64,000 nucleotides of DNA from Dimorphilus gyrociliatus (lineage: Eukaryota > Animalia > Annelida). Every line of letters begins with the position of its first letter. Positions within the stretch are counted from its first letter, which is position 1. Under the pieces are notes generated by a model that did not search any database, was not told where the DNA came from, and saw only the letters and a list, made by a program, of their open reading frames with translations. Of this stretch, positions 1 through 11,280 are shown piece by piece. The stretch covers positions 62,001 through 126,000 of the forward strand of contig CAJFCJ010000014.1 of the NCBI GenBank assembly GCA_904063045.1, written 5' to 3'. The translations under genes and the position numbers were made by a program.

Positions 1-3000
1 CACAATCCTCCTTTAAGACCAAAAGATGTTTGACAACTTGTACATTTGAGCTCTACTCCATCTAATAAGCAAGTTTTGCATCCAATTGGACAAGGCACAC
101 ATAAATTATTATTTGATTTGTAATATCCACTTTTACAAGATGAACAGGATAATTGATTGCTTGTTGAATCAATACTGCATCCATTGCAACCAGTTGGACA
201 CAACTTACAATTTCCATTTGAAAGGGTACTATTTGCTGTATTACAAGATTGGCATATTGTTTGAGTGCCAGATCGAATAGAGATTTCACATCCAGCCTTA
301 TTTTTGTAGCATTTCTGATCATCAGAATTATAGAAGAATCCAACCTTGCACTTTCCAACATCACATTTATGTTGTCCAGCTGTTGAACATTCCATGCAAT
401 TTTCATCACACTCTGAAAAATTAGCAAAATAGTCATTATCTCTCTCAAAATTATCATTTATAAAAAATTATTGATACCTTCACATGTATTTGGTGTTGGA
501 GATGTGTTTAGGAAAAATCCTTGTTTACAAATCTTTGGTAGAATATTATTAGAAGTAAAGCTTTCATATTCACAAAATGCTATTCCTCTTTCTCCACATG
601 AAGTACATGTTCCATCTGTTCTGTGCTTGATAAAGCCTTCATTGCAGCCATCTCCCAAACAACTAGTTGCATCTGTACACATATTACAGTTTGATATACA
701 AGGAACACAGCTTCCACCACTATCTAAAAAGTATCTATCATTGCATAATAGACATTTATCATTATCAGAAGTATCTTTAGTACATAATTTGCAATTGCTT
801 ATTGAACACTGTTGGCAACTGAAATCTTTATCACTGAAAGAACCTCCATTTGAACAACCAAATTGTAAGCAAATAGAGCTTTCATCATTTACTGGATCAA
901 TTCTACATTCAGAACAAGGAAGTGGAGATGTTGGACATCTGATACATTTCTTTGATGAATTAAGAACATAACCAGAATTACAGTTTGTACATGTTGTGGT
1001 TGGTGAGCCACTTAAATTGACAGTACATTCTAAACAATTTGCTTCACATGGAGTACAAGTTCCAGTTCCAGTTGAAATCAAACCATAGTTATCTTGACAT
1101 TTTGAGCAAGATTGAATAGAATTGGGTGAGGAATTACTTTCAGTGCATACTTTGCACCCAGAAGTGAATGAATTACAGTCAAGACATTGACTTTGATCAT
1201 TGGATAAAATAAAATTATCTACACATCTGCTGCAGCCACATGATTGATCTGCATTTACATTTAAACTGTCAGATTTACAGTGTTGAAAGTTTGCTGCAGT
1301 GCATAAAGTGGCTGTGGTTCTTGGAGTGTTAGTAATTGTTGGAGTAGGTGTTGTTGAAGTAGGAGTTGTTGGTGTAGGAGTTGTTGGGGTTGGAGTTGTT
1401 GGAGTAGGAGTTGTTGGTGTAGGTGTTGTTGGGGTTGGAGTTGTCGGGGTTGGAGTTGTTGGAGTGGGAGTTGTTGGAGTAGGTGTTGTTGGGGTTGGAG
1501 TTGTTGGGGTTGGAGTTGTTGGAGTAGGAGTTGTTGGTGTAGGTGTTGTTGGGGTTGGAGTTGTCGGGGTTGGAGTTGTTGGAGTGGGAGTTGTTGGAGT
1601 AGGTGTTGTTGGGGTTGGAGTTGTTGGGGTTGGAGTTGTTGGAGTGGGAGTTGTTGGAGTAGGAGTTGTTGGTGTAGGTGTTGTTGGGGTTGGAGTTGTT
1701 GGGGCTGGAGTTGTTGGAGTGGGAGTTGTTGGAGTAGGAGTTGTTGGTGTAGGTGTTGTTGGGGTTGGAGTTGTCGGGGTTGGAGTTGTTGGAGTGGGAG
1801 TTGTTGGAGTGGGAGTTGTTGGTGTAGGTGTTGTTGGGGTTGGAGTTGTCGGGGTTGGAGTTGTTGGAGTGGGAGTTGTTGGAGTAGGAGTTGTCGGGGT
1901 TGGAGTTGTTGGAGTGGGGGTTGTTGGAGTTGGAGTTGTTGGTGTAGGAGTTGTTGGGGTTGGAGTTGTTGGAGTAGGTGTTGTTGGAGTGGGAGTTGTT
2001 GGTGTAGGAGTTACTGCTCTGATTTTTCTTAAATCTCTTTTTACAACTAAAGTTGATATAGAATTAGGTAAATAATCTGAGCAGTCTTTATTTGGAAGAG
2101 TAAATTTTTTACCATTTACACACTGAGAATCCAAACATTTCAAGCCATTATCAATCATTATACATTTTTCACAATTGTCCAATGAGCTACAAGATATACA
2201 ACTTTCAATTTGCCCATTTGGATTTAAACTTTCTCCATAGCCATCAAGACACTTTAAACATATGTTTTCACCAGATCTTTTTTTACATAATCTGCAGCCA
2301 TCAGGACATGGAAAACAATTTCCACTTGTATCGTCATATCCATAATTGTCAGCACATTTTGAAGGATAACACATAGGGGTTGATGCTTGATTGTCTTTAA
2401 AGTAGCATTTTAGACAATTCAATGGACATTCTGTACGCATTTGAAGACAATTTTAGATAATAAAAACAATAAAATATTCAATTATGATTGTCACCTGAAC
2501 AAGTTCCATCATTCTTTTTTGTCCATGATTGTCCTTGTTGATTTTCAATACAAGAATGACTGGCGCCATTGCCATTGCATTCAGTTTGTGAAGTTGATGG
2601 ATTGTATGTACAAAGTAGACAATTTGAAGGACATCTACTACATAAATTATCCGAATTTAAAGCATAACCAGACTCGCAACCATTTGTTGAACACACAAGG
2701 TCACCATTGGAATGATGACATTTGAGACAGTTCCTTGGACACAAGTTGCACACCCTTTGATTCAAAAGAGTGTAGTCAGCTTTGCATTTTTTGCAGGTAA
2801 TAACACCATTTTGTTGAGAACACGAATTGCAGTTGAGAGGACAGGGCGAACAAGTTACGCCATCTACAAAATATCCATTTTGGCATTTAATGCATACAGT
2901 TGTTCCAGAATTTCTGCTACAATCTATACACATTGGATGGACACTGCTACATGGTAAACATTCCTTTTGGTCAATTAAAAGATATTGATTCGATAAGCAT

Positions 3001-3864
3001 TTTGTGCAGGTTTTTCCATCAGAACAAGTGAGACAACCAGATATTGCAGAAGAACACAAGTTACATTTAATAGATGCTGTTGATATATCTCTATAGGCAT
3101 TGGAATGGCACTGATTGCAAGTGATACCATTTTCCATGGAGTAGGAGCAAGATTTACAATTCTGTCCACATGCTATGTAAAAAGAAATAGGTAAATAATC
3201 TGTTTCTTTGATGTAGCTTTTCTAGATGATGTTGAAAGAAATACTTACATTTGCAATTGTTCATCGTATCCAAAGTATATTCATTTTTGCAAATATCGCA
3301 AACTGTTCGAGATTGCTGATTACTCCAGGTGCATTTTGAGCATGATGAAGAACAGGCGATGCATTGTTTGGAAACGTTATTGAAGGTGTAATTATCAAAG
3401 CACTGATTGCATTGAATGGAATTTGTACAAGTTTTGCAGGCGGTCGGACATTCTTAAGGGGAAATTGGATAAAGGTTATTAATAATTATAGCTTATAGAT
3501 GTTTGAAAATGTTATAGCTTTGTTTTCTATTGAAAGTTGTAAACTTAACAATGTATGAAATGATAATGTGGTCGAGATTCAATTTAAATTAGTAATTTTC
3601 GCAGCAAGATTGTATGTTTCCTACCTGTACAGATTGTCTTATCTTCGTTTAAAGCCTTTCCAACTTGGCAAAATGAGCAGAAAGTTTTAGCTGTTACCGT
3701 TTGTCCATTTTGGCAATTGTAGATTTCAGTTGTTGTAATTCGAGCCGCTTGAAGACCAACTGCAAAAAGATGTTTCGAAAAGTTATTACAAACTAGTTGA
3801 ATCTACATGACGATAGCCTACCAAACAGTAGAAGAGAGGAGATGATCAAAGATTGAATCAGCAT
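1..3864 (-). CDS. Secreted Cys-rich furin-like/CxxC repeat surface protein, paralogue 1, with (PTPTT)n mucin spacer; 3' end runs off the window
   Basis: Manual splicing. ATG 3864 (MLIQSLIISSLLLF, signal-peptide-like). Exons 3822-3864, 3625-3759, 3249-3452, 2495-3172, 478-2430, <1-412. GT-AG introns 3760-3821, 3453-3624, 3173-3248, 2431-2494, 413-477 all keep frame. Dense CxxC repeats; near-identical to 11281-15658. Confidence 0.9.
1338..2012 (-). repeat. Coding 15-bp minisatellite, about 45 units, encoding (PTPTT)n
   Basis: Plus-strand unit GTTGTTGG(G/A/T)GT(T/A/G)GG(A/T) repeated in tandem; 1441-1500 and 1561-1620 are identical. Confidence 0.97.
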
Positions 3865-4901
3865 TTTTCAATGGGCGTCAAGAGTTGGTGCCGATATGAA
3901 GTGCATAAATGTCTGAACTTGTTTTTATAGAGATTTTCTGATTGTCTTGGTTGTCAAGGATATTTATAATATTATAATTCATCAAACACCAATCCATTTG
4001 AATGATAATGTGAAAATAAATATTTTATTTTTAATATCTAGAATATATTACAAGTTCATGAATAAGCAAAAAAGTGGTTTAGCACTGGCTAATAGCACTA
4101 TTTAAGTATAACGCAACGTTTTGCAGAAATACGATTACTTACGAAAGGAAGGAGGAAAGATGGAAGAATTTAACCAATGATTAATTACTTAAAGCAAGTG
4201 CTCAAAGTAAACTAAAAACTTGAATGTAGTTTGAAGCGAAAGCACTTAATTTGCTTAATTTTTCAAACTAAGAAGTTATAATAGCATTATTTTTGGTCTA
4301 TAAATAGATTCACGCTAAAGCAATTGCACATAAAAGAACGCCTACTAGTTTGCTTTCTATGAATTCCTAGGTCGATTCTGTTGAATGCGGATTAATGTTT
4401 TAGAAATTTTGGTAGGTCATATTGATAAAATCTCGACAACAAAACAAAATAGCAGTCTTAAGAGACAAAAGATAGTTGTTATCTATATTTTCTTCCTTAA
4501 GTCAGTGTTTGCTTTTTTTTTTAAAATCAAAAAAGAAAGAAACGAGTAAACCCGAAAATAGAACTATTTTTAAGTTTATCATAACTCTCTGCCAAAAGGT
4601 TGCGTAATTAATTCAGGTACTTCGTAAATAGATATATATAGAGATTAGTATATAACAGTTTTCGAAAGACAATAAAAAGTCTTCGAGCTAGAATCAATAA
4701 ATGAAATAATGCTTGAAAAAAGTGTAAAAAGGATTAAGAATTAGTTGTAGGCGTTTCTTCAATAGAGGAGGGTGTTTATATCATATAAACAAGTCTCGAT
4801 TCAAATGCAAATAGCTTATTAATAGCTAAATGAAATGAATAGAAATTTTCAACTCGAAACATTTAATGAATGAGATTTCCTAAAAGAGTAGAGATATATT
4901 T

Positions 4902-5585
4902 TCTATTCAACCTGTTACCGTAATGGAGAGAGGGTTAGGGCATAAAGAGAGGCAATAAAAGTAAAGTTACGCTTGAACCTGCTGGGTGCTTAAAAGTTGA
5001 TTAATTAACTGATTAGTTTATTTCAAATATTCTATTTTCACGTATTTACAAATTCCATCTCGGCAGTTGTTCGTTGTTACCGAAAGCTGAAATTACATTT
5101 TTATTTATTAACTCCTTACTTTCATTTACAGAGAATACGTGGAATTGCGTCGGGAAGCTTTAGACATGAATAGGAAATTTACGCCTACGCTTAAGCTGGG
5201 CTTTTGTTGCCGGTAGATAGAAAGTTGAACAAGTGTAAGGACAGTAAAGAGAGGAGATCGAGTCGTAAGAATGATACATTTATTCTTCTTCCTCAATCCG
5301 ATCTTTTTCAAACAATCCCTATTTGAAGAGAGGGAAGACAAGCAAGAAAAGCGAAAGAGGAAGAACAAAAGGAAGATAGAAGCAAGAGAAGACATAAAAT
5401 AGATATAAAGTTATACGGAGATATTATTTCTATTGAAGTTGTTACTGTAAGGGAGAGAGGGTTAGTGCATAAAAAGAAGCAATAAAAATAGAGTTACAAT
5501 TGAACCAGTTGGGTGCCTAAAGGTTGATTAATTAACCGATTAGTTTATTTCAATATTGTTTTTTCACCTATTTACAAATTCTATT
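4902..5585 (+). repeat. Diverged direct repeat of ~160 bp (about 4902-5060 and 5428-5585; third copy about 16680-16835)
   Basis: Shared text such as GAGAGAGGGTTAG..CATAAA, GGGTGC(T/C)TAAA.GTTGATTAATTAAC.GATTAGTTTATTTCAA. Confidence 0.8.
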
Positions 5586-6294
5586 TACAAGTTATAGCTC
5601 ACAGATTTTTACCAGAAGATATTTTTGAAATTTTTTTAGCTAATGTATTTTATTGAAATTTTAAAACAACAGGCTTAACTTTTCAGCATGAATGAATGAT
5701 TTATAGAAATAAGAATTTTTTTTAAAGTCAAATTAGCTTTCACTATTGGATAGTCAAGCTCTATTAATTGTTTTTATTTGAAAGTTCAATAGAAGGAACA
5801 CTTAACAAAATGATAAAGTGAAAAGAGCAGACATACAGGCACCGGACAAAAAGAAATGATATTGAATAATATTCAAGTAAGTAATTCTACTATTCAATGA
5901 AGGTATTTTTAATGTACGATTCAAGAGAATAAAATTATTAGTAGGGTTATTTACTTTATCTTCATTCATCTATTTATATAGTTTAAGCCAGATTATACAA
6001 TTTTTTTTAGTATTTCACAAAATTATACTGTTTTTTCTTCTACAGATTTAATTCACAAATTAAGTACTCTTCAAGGACATCCAAAAAGATTATTTTTTTA
6101 TGTTGATTAAATTTTTTATTGTATTGGAATAAGAATGGCTCAATACTTGGTATGGTTTGGAGATCTCTGTCAAGTACAATGACACCGGGGTCAGGACATT
6201 TCGGCCCAGGATGTAAAATCACATTTTTAATCATCTTATTGGTGAAACTATGGAACAGCAGATGGTGGATTATGAAAATTTGTCAATATTAATC

Positions 6295-6507
6295 GGGAGA
6301 AGGCTAAACCATACCCATGGATGCAACATCACTGCTTCTACCCTCACTCTAACCCAGCCTATAGCTGTACCTAACCTTTTCCATTACGCCTAACCCTCAG
6401 AGGAGACACTCTTAAGTACAAATCAGTTGCTGTCTTCTTCCTAACCATTTTTCAATCCAAAATCTAGTCTTGAAATTTTTCATTTGTTGACATTTTTTGT
6501 CAACCCC
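6295..6507 (+). mobile_element. Degenerate copy of the 208-bp MITE
   Basis: Ends in GACATTTTTTGTCAACCCC (TIR-like); internal CCTAACC motifs are colinear with 7237-7444; left TIR is decayed and no TSD was found. Confidence 0.55.
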
Positions 6508-6515
6508 TAGCTGGA

Positions 6516-6723
6516 GGGGCTGACAGAAAACGTCCCCAAGTGAGATTTTTGATAGCAAGATTTTGGATTGAAAAATGTGTAGCAGGAGTAAAGTAGCTTT
6601 TTATTTGTAGTTAGGGGGGTTCCATCTAAAGGTTAGGGGTAATCAAAAAGGTTAGAGAGAGACAATGGCTAGGTTAGCATTAAGGTTAAACCATGCATTT
6701 GGGGGCATTTTCTGTCGAATCCC
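6516..6723 (-). mobile_element. 208-bp non-autonomous DNA transposon (MITE) with 8-bp TSD
   Basis: TSD TAGCTGGA at 6508-6515 and 6724-6731; imperfect TIRs GGGGCTGACAGAAAACGTCCCCA / TGGGGGCATTTTCTGTCGAATCCC; reverse orientation relative to 7237-7444. Confidence 0.85.
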
Positions 6724-7236
6724 TAGCTGGATGGTGGTTCATAAAATCTTAGAGTTTGAGAACAGGCTACAAGTCATTAGAGATAATACAAGAAAGAGCA
6801 AAATTTATAAGAACAAAACTGAGGAACTTGAAGAGAGGGAAAAGAACCCATGTAAGGTGAAGTTTAGTGTCAGGGTTAGTTAATTTCAAATAACAACGTT
6901 AATTATATGCACAATATACTTGTTTCACTCTACTCATTTTCTTATATGCAGTATATATATGTAACAACATATAATGACATAAGAAATATCTAACAATTAC
7001 AACTAAGTTTAATTGCTTTACTATTTATAAATACAGTAAAGGCAAAAAGTCCCCAGCAACCCTATAAAATTTTTAGTTTTGATATTAAGATATACAAAAT
7101 AACAACTTTGAATCGGTAATAATAATGATTAATATGTATAAACTAATATCCTTTACAAAAAATTATCAAAAAATTGTTTTTCTTTTATAAAATGCAGTTT
7201 TAGTAATTATACCTTGAAAAAAGGGGTGAGCTAAAA

Positions 7237-7444
7237 AGGATGCGACAGAAAACGGCCCCAAAAGCATGGTTTTACCCTAACCCTAAACCATCCCTAATGT
7301 ATCCATAACCCTTTTTATTACTCCTAACCCTTAGATGGGACCCCCTTAACTACAAATCAATAAATGTTTTTTTCCTCCTAACCATTTCTTAACCTAAAAT
7401 GCTGCCTTCAAATATCCTTCTTGGGGCCATTTTCTGTTGATCCC
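7237..7444 (+). mobile_element. 208-bp MITE nested in the left TIR of the Tc1 element
   Basis: TSD AGCTAAAA at 7229-7236 and 7445-7452; TIR GGATGCGACAGAAAACGGCCCCAA / TTGGGGCCATTTTCTGTTGATCCC; removing it restores the match to the right Tc1 TIR. Confidence 0.9.
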
Positions 7445-7579
7445 AGCTAAAAATGAGTCACCATCTATTTAATTAAATATTTTACTTTAAATCTACCTTA
7501 GGACACTCCTTAACAATTTGTATACATGAATTATTATAATATTTTATGAAAATATAGTAATAATACTTTTAAACCTTAT

Positions 7580-8571
7580 TAATACTTAGTATGGCCAACC
7601 TTATTGAAATGACACAGTTGCAGCCTCTTTCTAACAGGGTTAAACAATTTTTCAACATATTCAGTTGGAATATTGTCAAATTCTTGCTGTGTTACCCTCC
7701 TAGATCATCAACATGGGTGCACAGATGTTTACCAACCCTTCCTTTTAGGTATGACCATAAATTTTCAAAAGGATTACGGTCAGGACTCTGGGCTGGCCAG
7801 TCTTGCTAGTGCCTTAAGTTCTTTTCATTTAGATATTGTAAGGTACTCCTAGATGTATAGCATGCAGCACCATCCTGCATGAATACATGGTCCCTATTGT
7901 AATTCTATAGAAAAGATTTATCAATAATTTCTTAATATTTCTCCAAATGTAAATTGCTTTTATATAAATGTATACCTCTGCTGCCATCACTTTTTATAAA
8001 ACCCCAACTATTTAGAGAACCATTTGCCTCTTTAAAAGTTTTTTTTGCATATTTTGCCTTATATCTATTAGCTGGATGCCTTCTGACAAACTGCCAGTGT
8101 TTTGGATATAAATCTATCCTTGTCTCATCCAAAAATACAATTGAATTAATTTGCTCTGTGCTCCAAGAGAGGAGTCTTTTACAAAAGTTTCTCCTATTTG
8201 ACAAGTGTTTTTTTTTTTAATAGGGATTTTTTTGCTGCAACATAGCCTCTCAAGTTATGTTTCCTTAAAACATTCTTACATGTTGATACGAATATAACTG
8301 ATGCTGGTTTAGAGGCAGACAAAAGTTTTTTTGCTCCCCAGAAAGGATTTCTGCTTGATATAAGGCATAATATTCTCTCATCTTGCTTGCTTAATTTGAC
8401 TGGTCTGCCACATCTGGGTAAATCTTCAATTGTATGATGCAATTGAAACATTTTCCAGATATTTTAGGCACTGAAGCTAGAAATTTTAAACATTTTGGCA
8501 ATTTTGTTCAATGATAGCCCTTCTTGGCATTTTTCAACAACCAAATAACAAATTTGTTTATCAATGACCAT
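7580..8571 (-). pseudogene. Tc1 DDE transposase pseudogene
   Basis: ATG 8571; HTH with GRP motif (PRCGRPVKLS), FLDETRI, FMQDGAACYT, WPAQSPDRNPFENLW; several in-frame stops and a frameshift at the A-run near 8210. Confidence 0.92.
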
Positions 8572-9015
8572 TATTTTTTTGAAAAACCAAAGATATAATT
8601 ATAATAAAATACTTTCCTATATGATTTATGCAGCTTAACCCCCTTTTTTTTTGATTAAATAGATGGTGACTCATTTTTAACTAACCCCTTTTTTTGAGGT
8701 GTAATTACTAAAACAGGATTTTATAAAAGAAAAACAATTTTTTGATAATTTTTCGTAAAGGATATTAGTTTATACATATTAATCATTATTATTACCAATT
8801 CAAAGTAGCTATTCAGTATAGCTTAATATCAAAACAAAAAATTTTACAAGGTGGCTGGGGACTTTTTGCCTATACTGTATATAATAATATATAAAATATC
8901 TATAAAAACTAGTATTAATTTAAAATAGCTATAAATAATATGGGTCAATACTTTCAAACGAATCAGATATGGGTTAAAGATTCAAGTCTTAGAATGCAAG
9001 GTTAAATGTGAAAAA

Positions 9016-9546
9016 CCCTATGCTCCTGTTCTGGTGGATTGTATCACAGAATATTGCTAACTGATGAAGGTGCCATCCCCAAAACTCTTGCTGTTGCTCT
9101 TAATTTTCCTATTTCCATATATTTCCTTAGTTCAAGATCCCTTATGTCTTTACTCCATGTCATAGTTAAATAAATACAATAAAAATTAACTAATATAATT
9201 AAAATTGACAATAATAGATATACTTAACATGGAGAATTGAATAAGTCTAAAAAATTTTAGTTTACAATGTTTTTTTTAATGCCAAACTGGATATCCAGCG
9301 TCTGCTCCAATAATTAAAAGGGTTATGGTTAGGGCCAAATACAGAAAAAATTGATGAAAATTACAAAAAGTATTTTGCTAATAATTTTCCCAAATATCAT
9401 CATTTTCTCAATTTTTTTCAATATTACATAAATATTACTCTTTATCTATATAAATTTAGACAAAAGAAAACTATTTTCGTGGGAAAAAACATTTTTGACC
9501 ATTATTATCAAAATTTAGGGTGTTCCAAAATTTAAGCGGATTACTG
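9016..9546 (-). mobile_element. Truncated second Tc1/mariner-type element: one TIR plus the transposase N-terminus
   Basis: End reads CAGTAATCCGCTTAAATTTTGGAACACC on the minus strand next to TA (9547-9548); ATG 9163 gives MTWSKDIRDLELRKYMEIGKLRATARVLGMAPSSVSNIL*, an HTH-like transposase start. Confidence 0.65.
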
Positions 9547-9761
9547 TATATGTAACAACATATAGTGGCATAACAAATATGTAACAAATAGGACTAAATA
9601 TAATTGATTTACTATTTATAAATATTTAATAATATATATAATATCTATAAAAACTAGGATTAATTTAAAACAGCTATAAATAATATGGGTCAGTACTTTT
9701 AAATAATTCCGATAGGGGTTAAAGATTTAAGTCTTAGAATGCAAGGTTAAATTTGAAAAAC
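9547..9761 (+). repeat. Uninterrupted duplicate of the sequence split by the Tc1 element (6956-7033 + 8878-9016)
   Basis: TATATGTAACAACATA...CTATTTATAAATA|...GTCTTAGAATGCAAGGTTAAAT colinear in both copies. Confidence 0.88.
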
Positions 9762-11280
9762 AGCATAAGATTGGGTACTGAAAATACTGGCACTGTGCCA
9801 ATATATTGTTGCTATGTCAAATGACTAAACATACACCATGTTACAATAGTTTCTACATGTTTCATTTAAATTTTCACAACTCTCTGTAAAAGATTTGTTA
9901 CAAAATTGCTTACAGATTTAATGCTAGCCTCAAACATTTATTAAATGAGACTTTCCATATGGCCTCAGTTCCTAATACCTAAAATACCTAAAAAGAACAG
10001 TTTGCTAGATGAGTCTGACTGTTGGAAATATTTCAATTTTTACTTATATTTATACAAATCCTCAAATACATGGCGAATAAGAGTTAAACTTCTGGAAACT
10101 GATTGAAGCGATTATCTAATTTATTCTATTCAAAAGAGAGAACTTTCAGGCTATTTTTTATATATCTAAAAGATCATTCTGACATTTTGTTACTGAAGAC
10201 TTTAAGAGTAAAAATTTTTGGTTCAATTAAGAAAAGATAATAGACAAATGGGCATCACTAGATCTTATACAAATGTATTTAAACTTTTATTTTCAGGGGT
10301 TAGAGATAGTTAGAAAATGGCTTGCAATAAATTGGGCAATATTAATTTCTCATGAAAAGGATACTGTAAATTGCGAGATAAATGCCCCTTCATTAATCTT
10401 CAAACAAGATCTTTTTTTGACGTTTTGTGACTAATTTAAGTTTGATGTTTAAAGGATTCAAAATAGTATATTATTTATGGAATGTAAGTGATTGCTTCTA
10501 TTTTTGTAAGTAATCAAGGAAGAAAAGGATTTTTTAAACAAAGGATGATAAATAATAATTTAATGCGGTGTTATCTTACAAAACCTTTTTAAAATAAAAC
10601 AATATCATCTGTTTGGCAAAAAATTTTGTTTGTCAAATGAAAAAATTTGATTATATTCATGTAGGTCTCTATATTCTGCTTCAAGCAGTTGACGCTGCAA
10701 TATAGGCATAAATCACATTGACTTGAATAATGAAAATGTATGTGATATTATCTTTCTATTGAAAAATTTCATTCATATTCTAGATTAATTAATTTGCAAT
10801 CTCCATGTCACTGATTACAAGTCAGATCGTTTCATAGTATAAAATGTTCAACTTCTTTTTATAATGCCAACAAAAGAAAGGTGAAGACAAGAAAGAATGC
10901 TTCAAAAGGATTTATCATTTTAATATGTGCACAATAGTTTCTTAATAAGCAGTGAGCGATATGAGATGACAAGAACTTCACAGATCACACATCATCCATA
11001 CTTAATGTCTTCATTTTGTAAATTGACAAAAAATCATTGTTTTTTGCTTAAAAAAACTGTTTTTGTAAAGCAAGTTTCACAAATAACAGAATTAAAACAA
11101 AAGGAATTTCATATAAAATGGTGAAAATATGCCAACATCTTTGAAGCAACTGAAGAAAATTAAAACTATAATATTAATAGAAGGTGTTGGAAACAAACCA
11201 AAATAATTCAAAATCTTCTAAAACTGACAATATATTTTTGATTACATTATCAAGTTATCAAGTTACTGTCGTTTATCAAT

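Larger units (their letters stand above)
7034..8877 (-). mobile_element. Tc1-family transposon with long (~250 bp) TIRs and TA TSD
   Basis: Left end CAGTAAAGGCAAAAAGTCCCCAGC; right end reverse complement CAGTATAGGCAAAAAGTCCCCAGC; TA at 7032-7033 and 8878-8879; encloses a DDE transposase. Confidence 0.95.

Noticed and set aside
1338-2012. Repeat array as a possible CRISPR
   Set aside because: No unique spacers; it is an in-frame coding minisatellite in a eukaryotic gene.
1299-2075. Plus-strand 258-aa poly(VGVGV) elastin-like ORF (and 13525-13920)
   Set aside because: Antisense shadow of the PTPTT and Ser/Thr spacers; splice signals and domain context support the minus strand.
6040-6234. Short ORF and the complex sequence at 9800-10400 as retroelement remnants
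   Set aside because: No RT, integrase or endonuclease motif recognised.
7270-7340. CCCTAA motifs as an interstitial telomere
   Set aside because: Scattered, non-tandem and confined within MITE boundaries.
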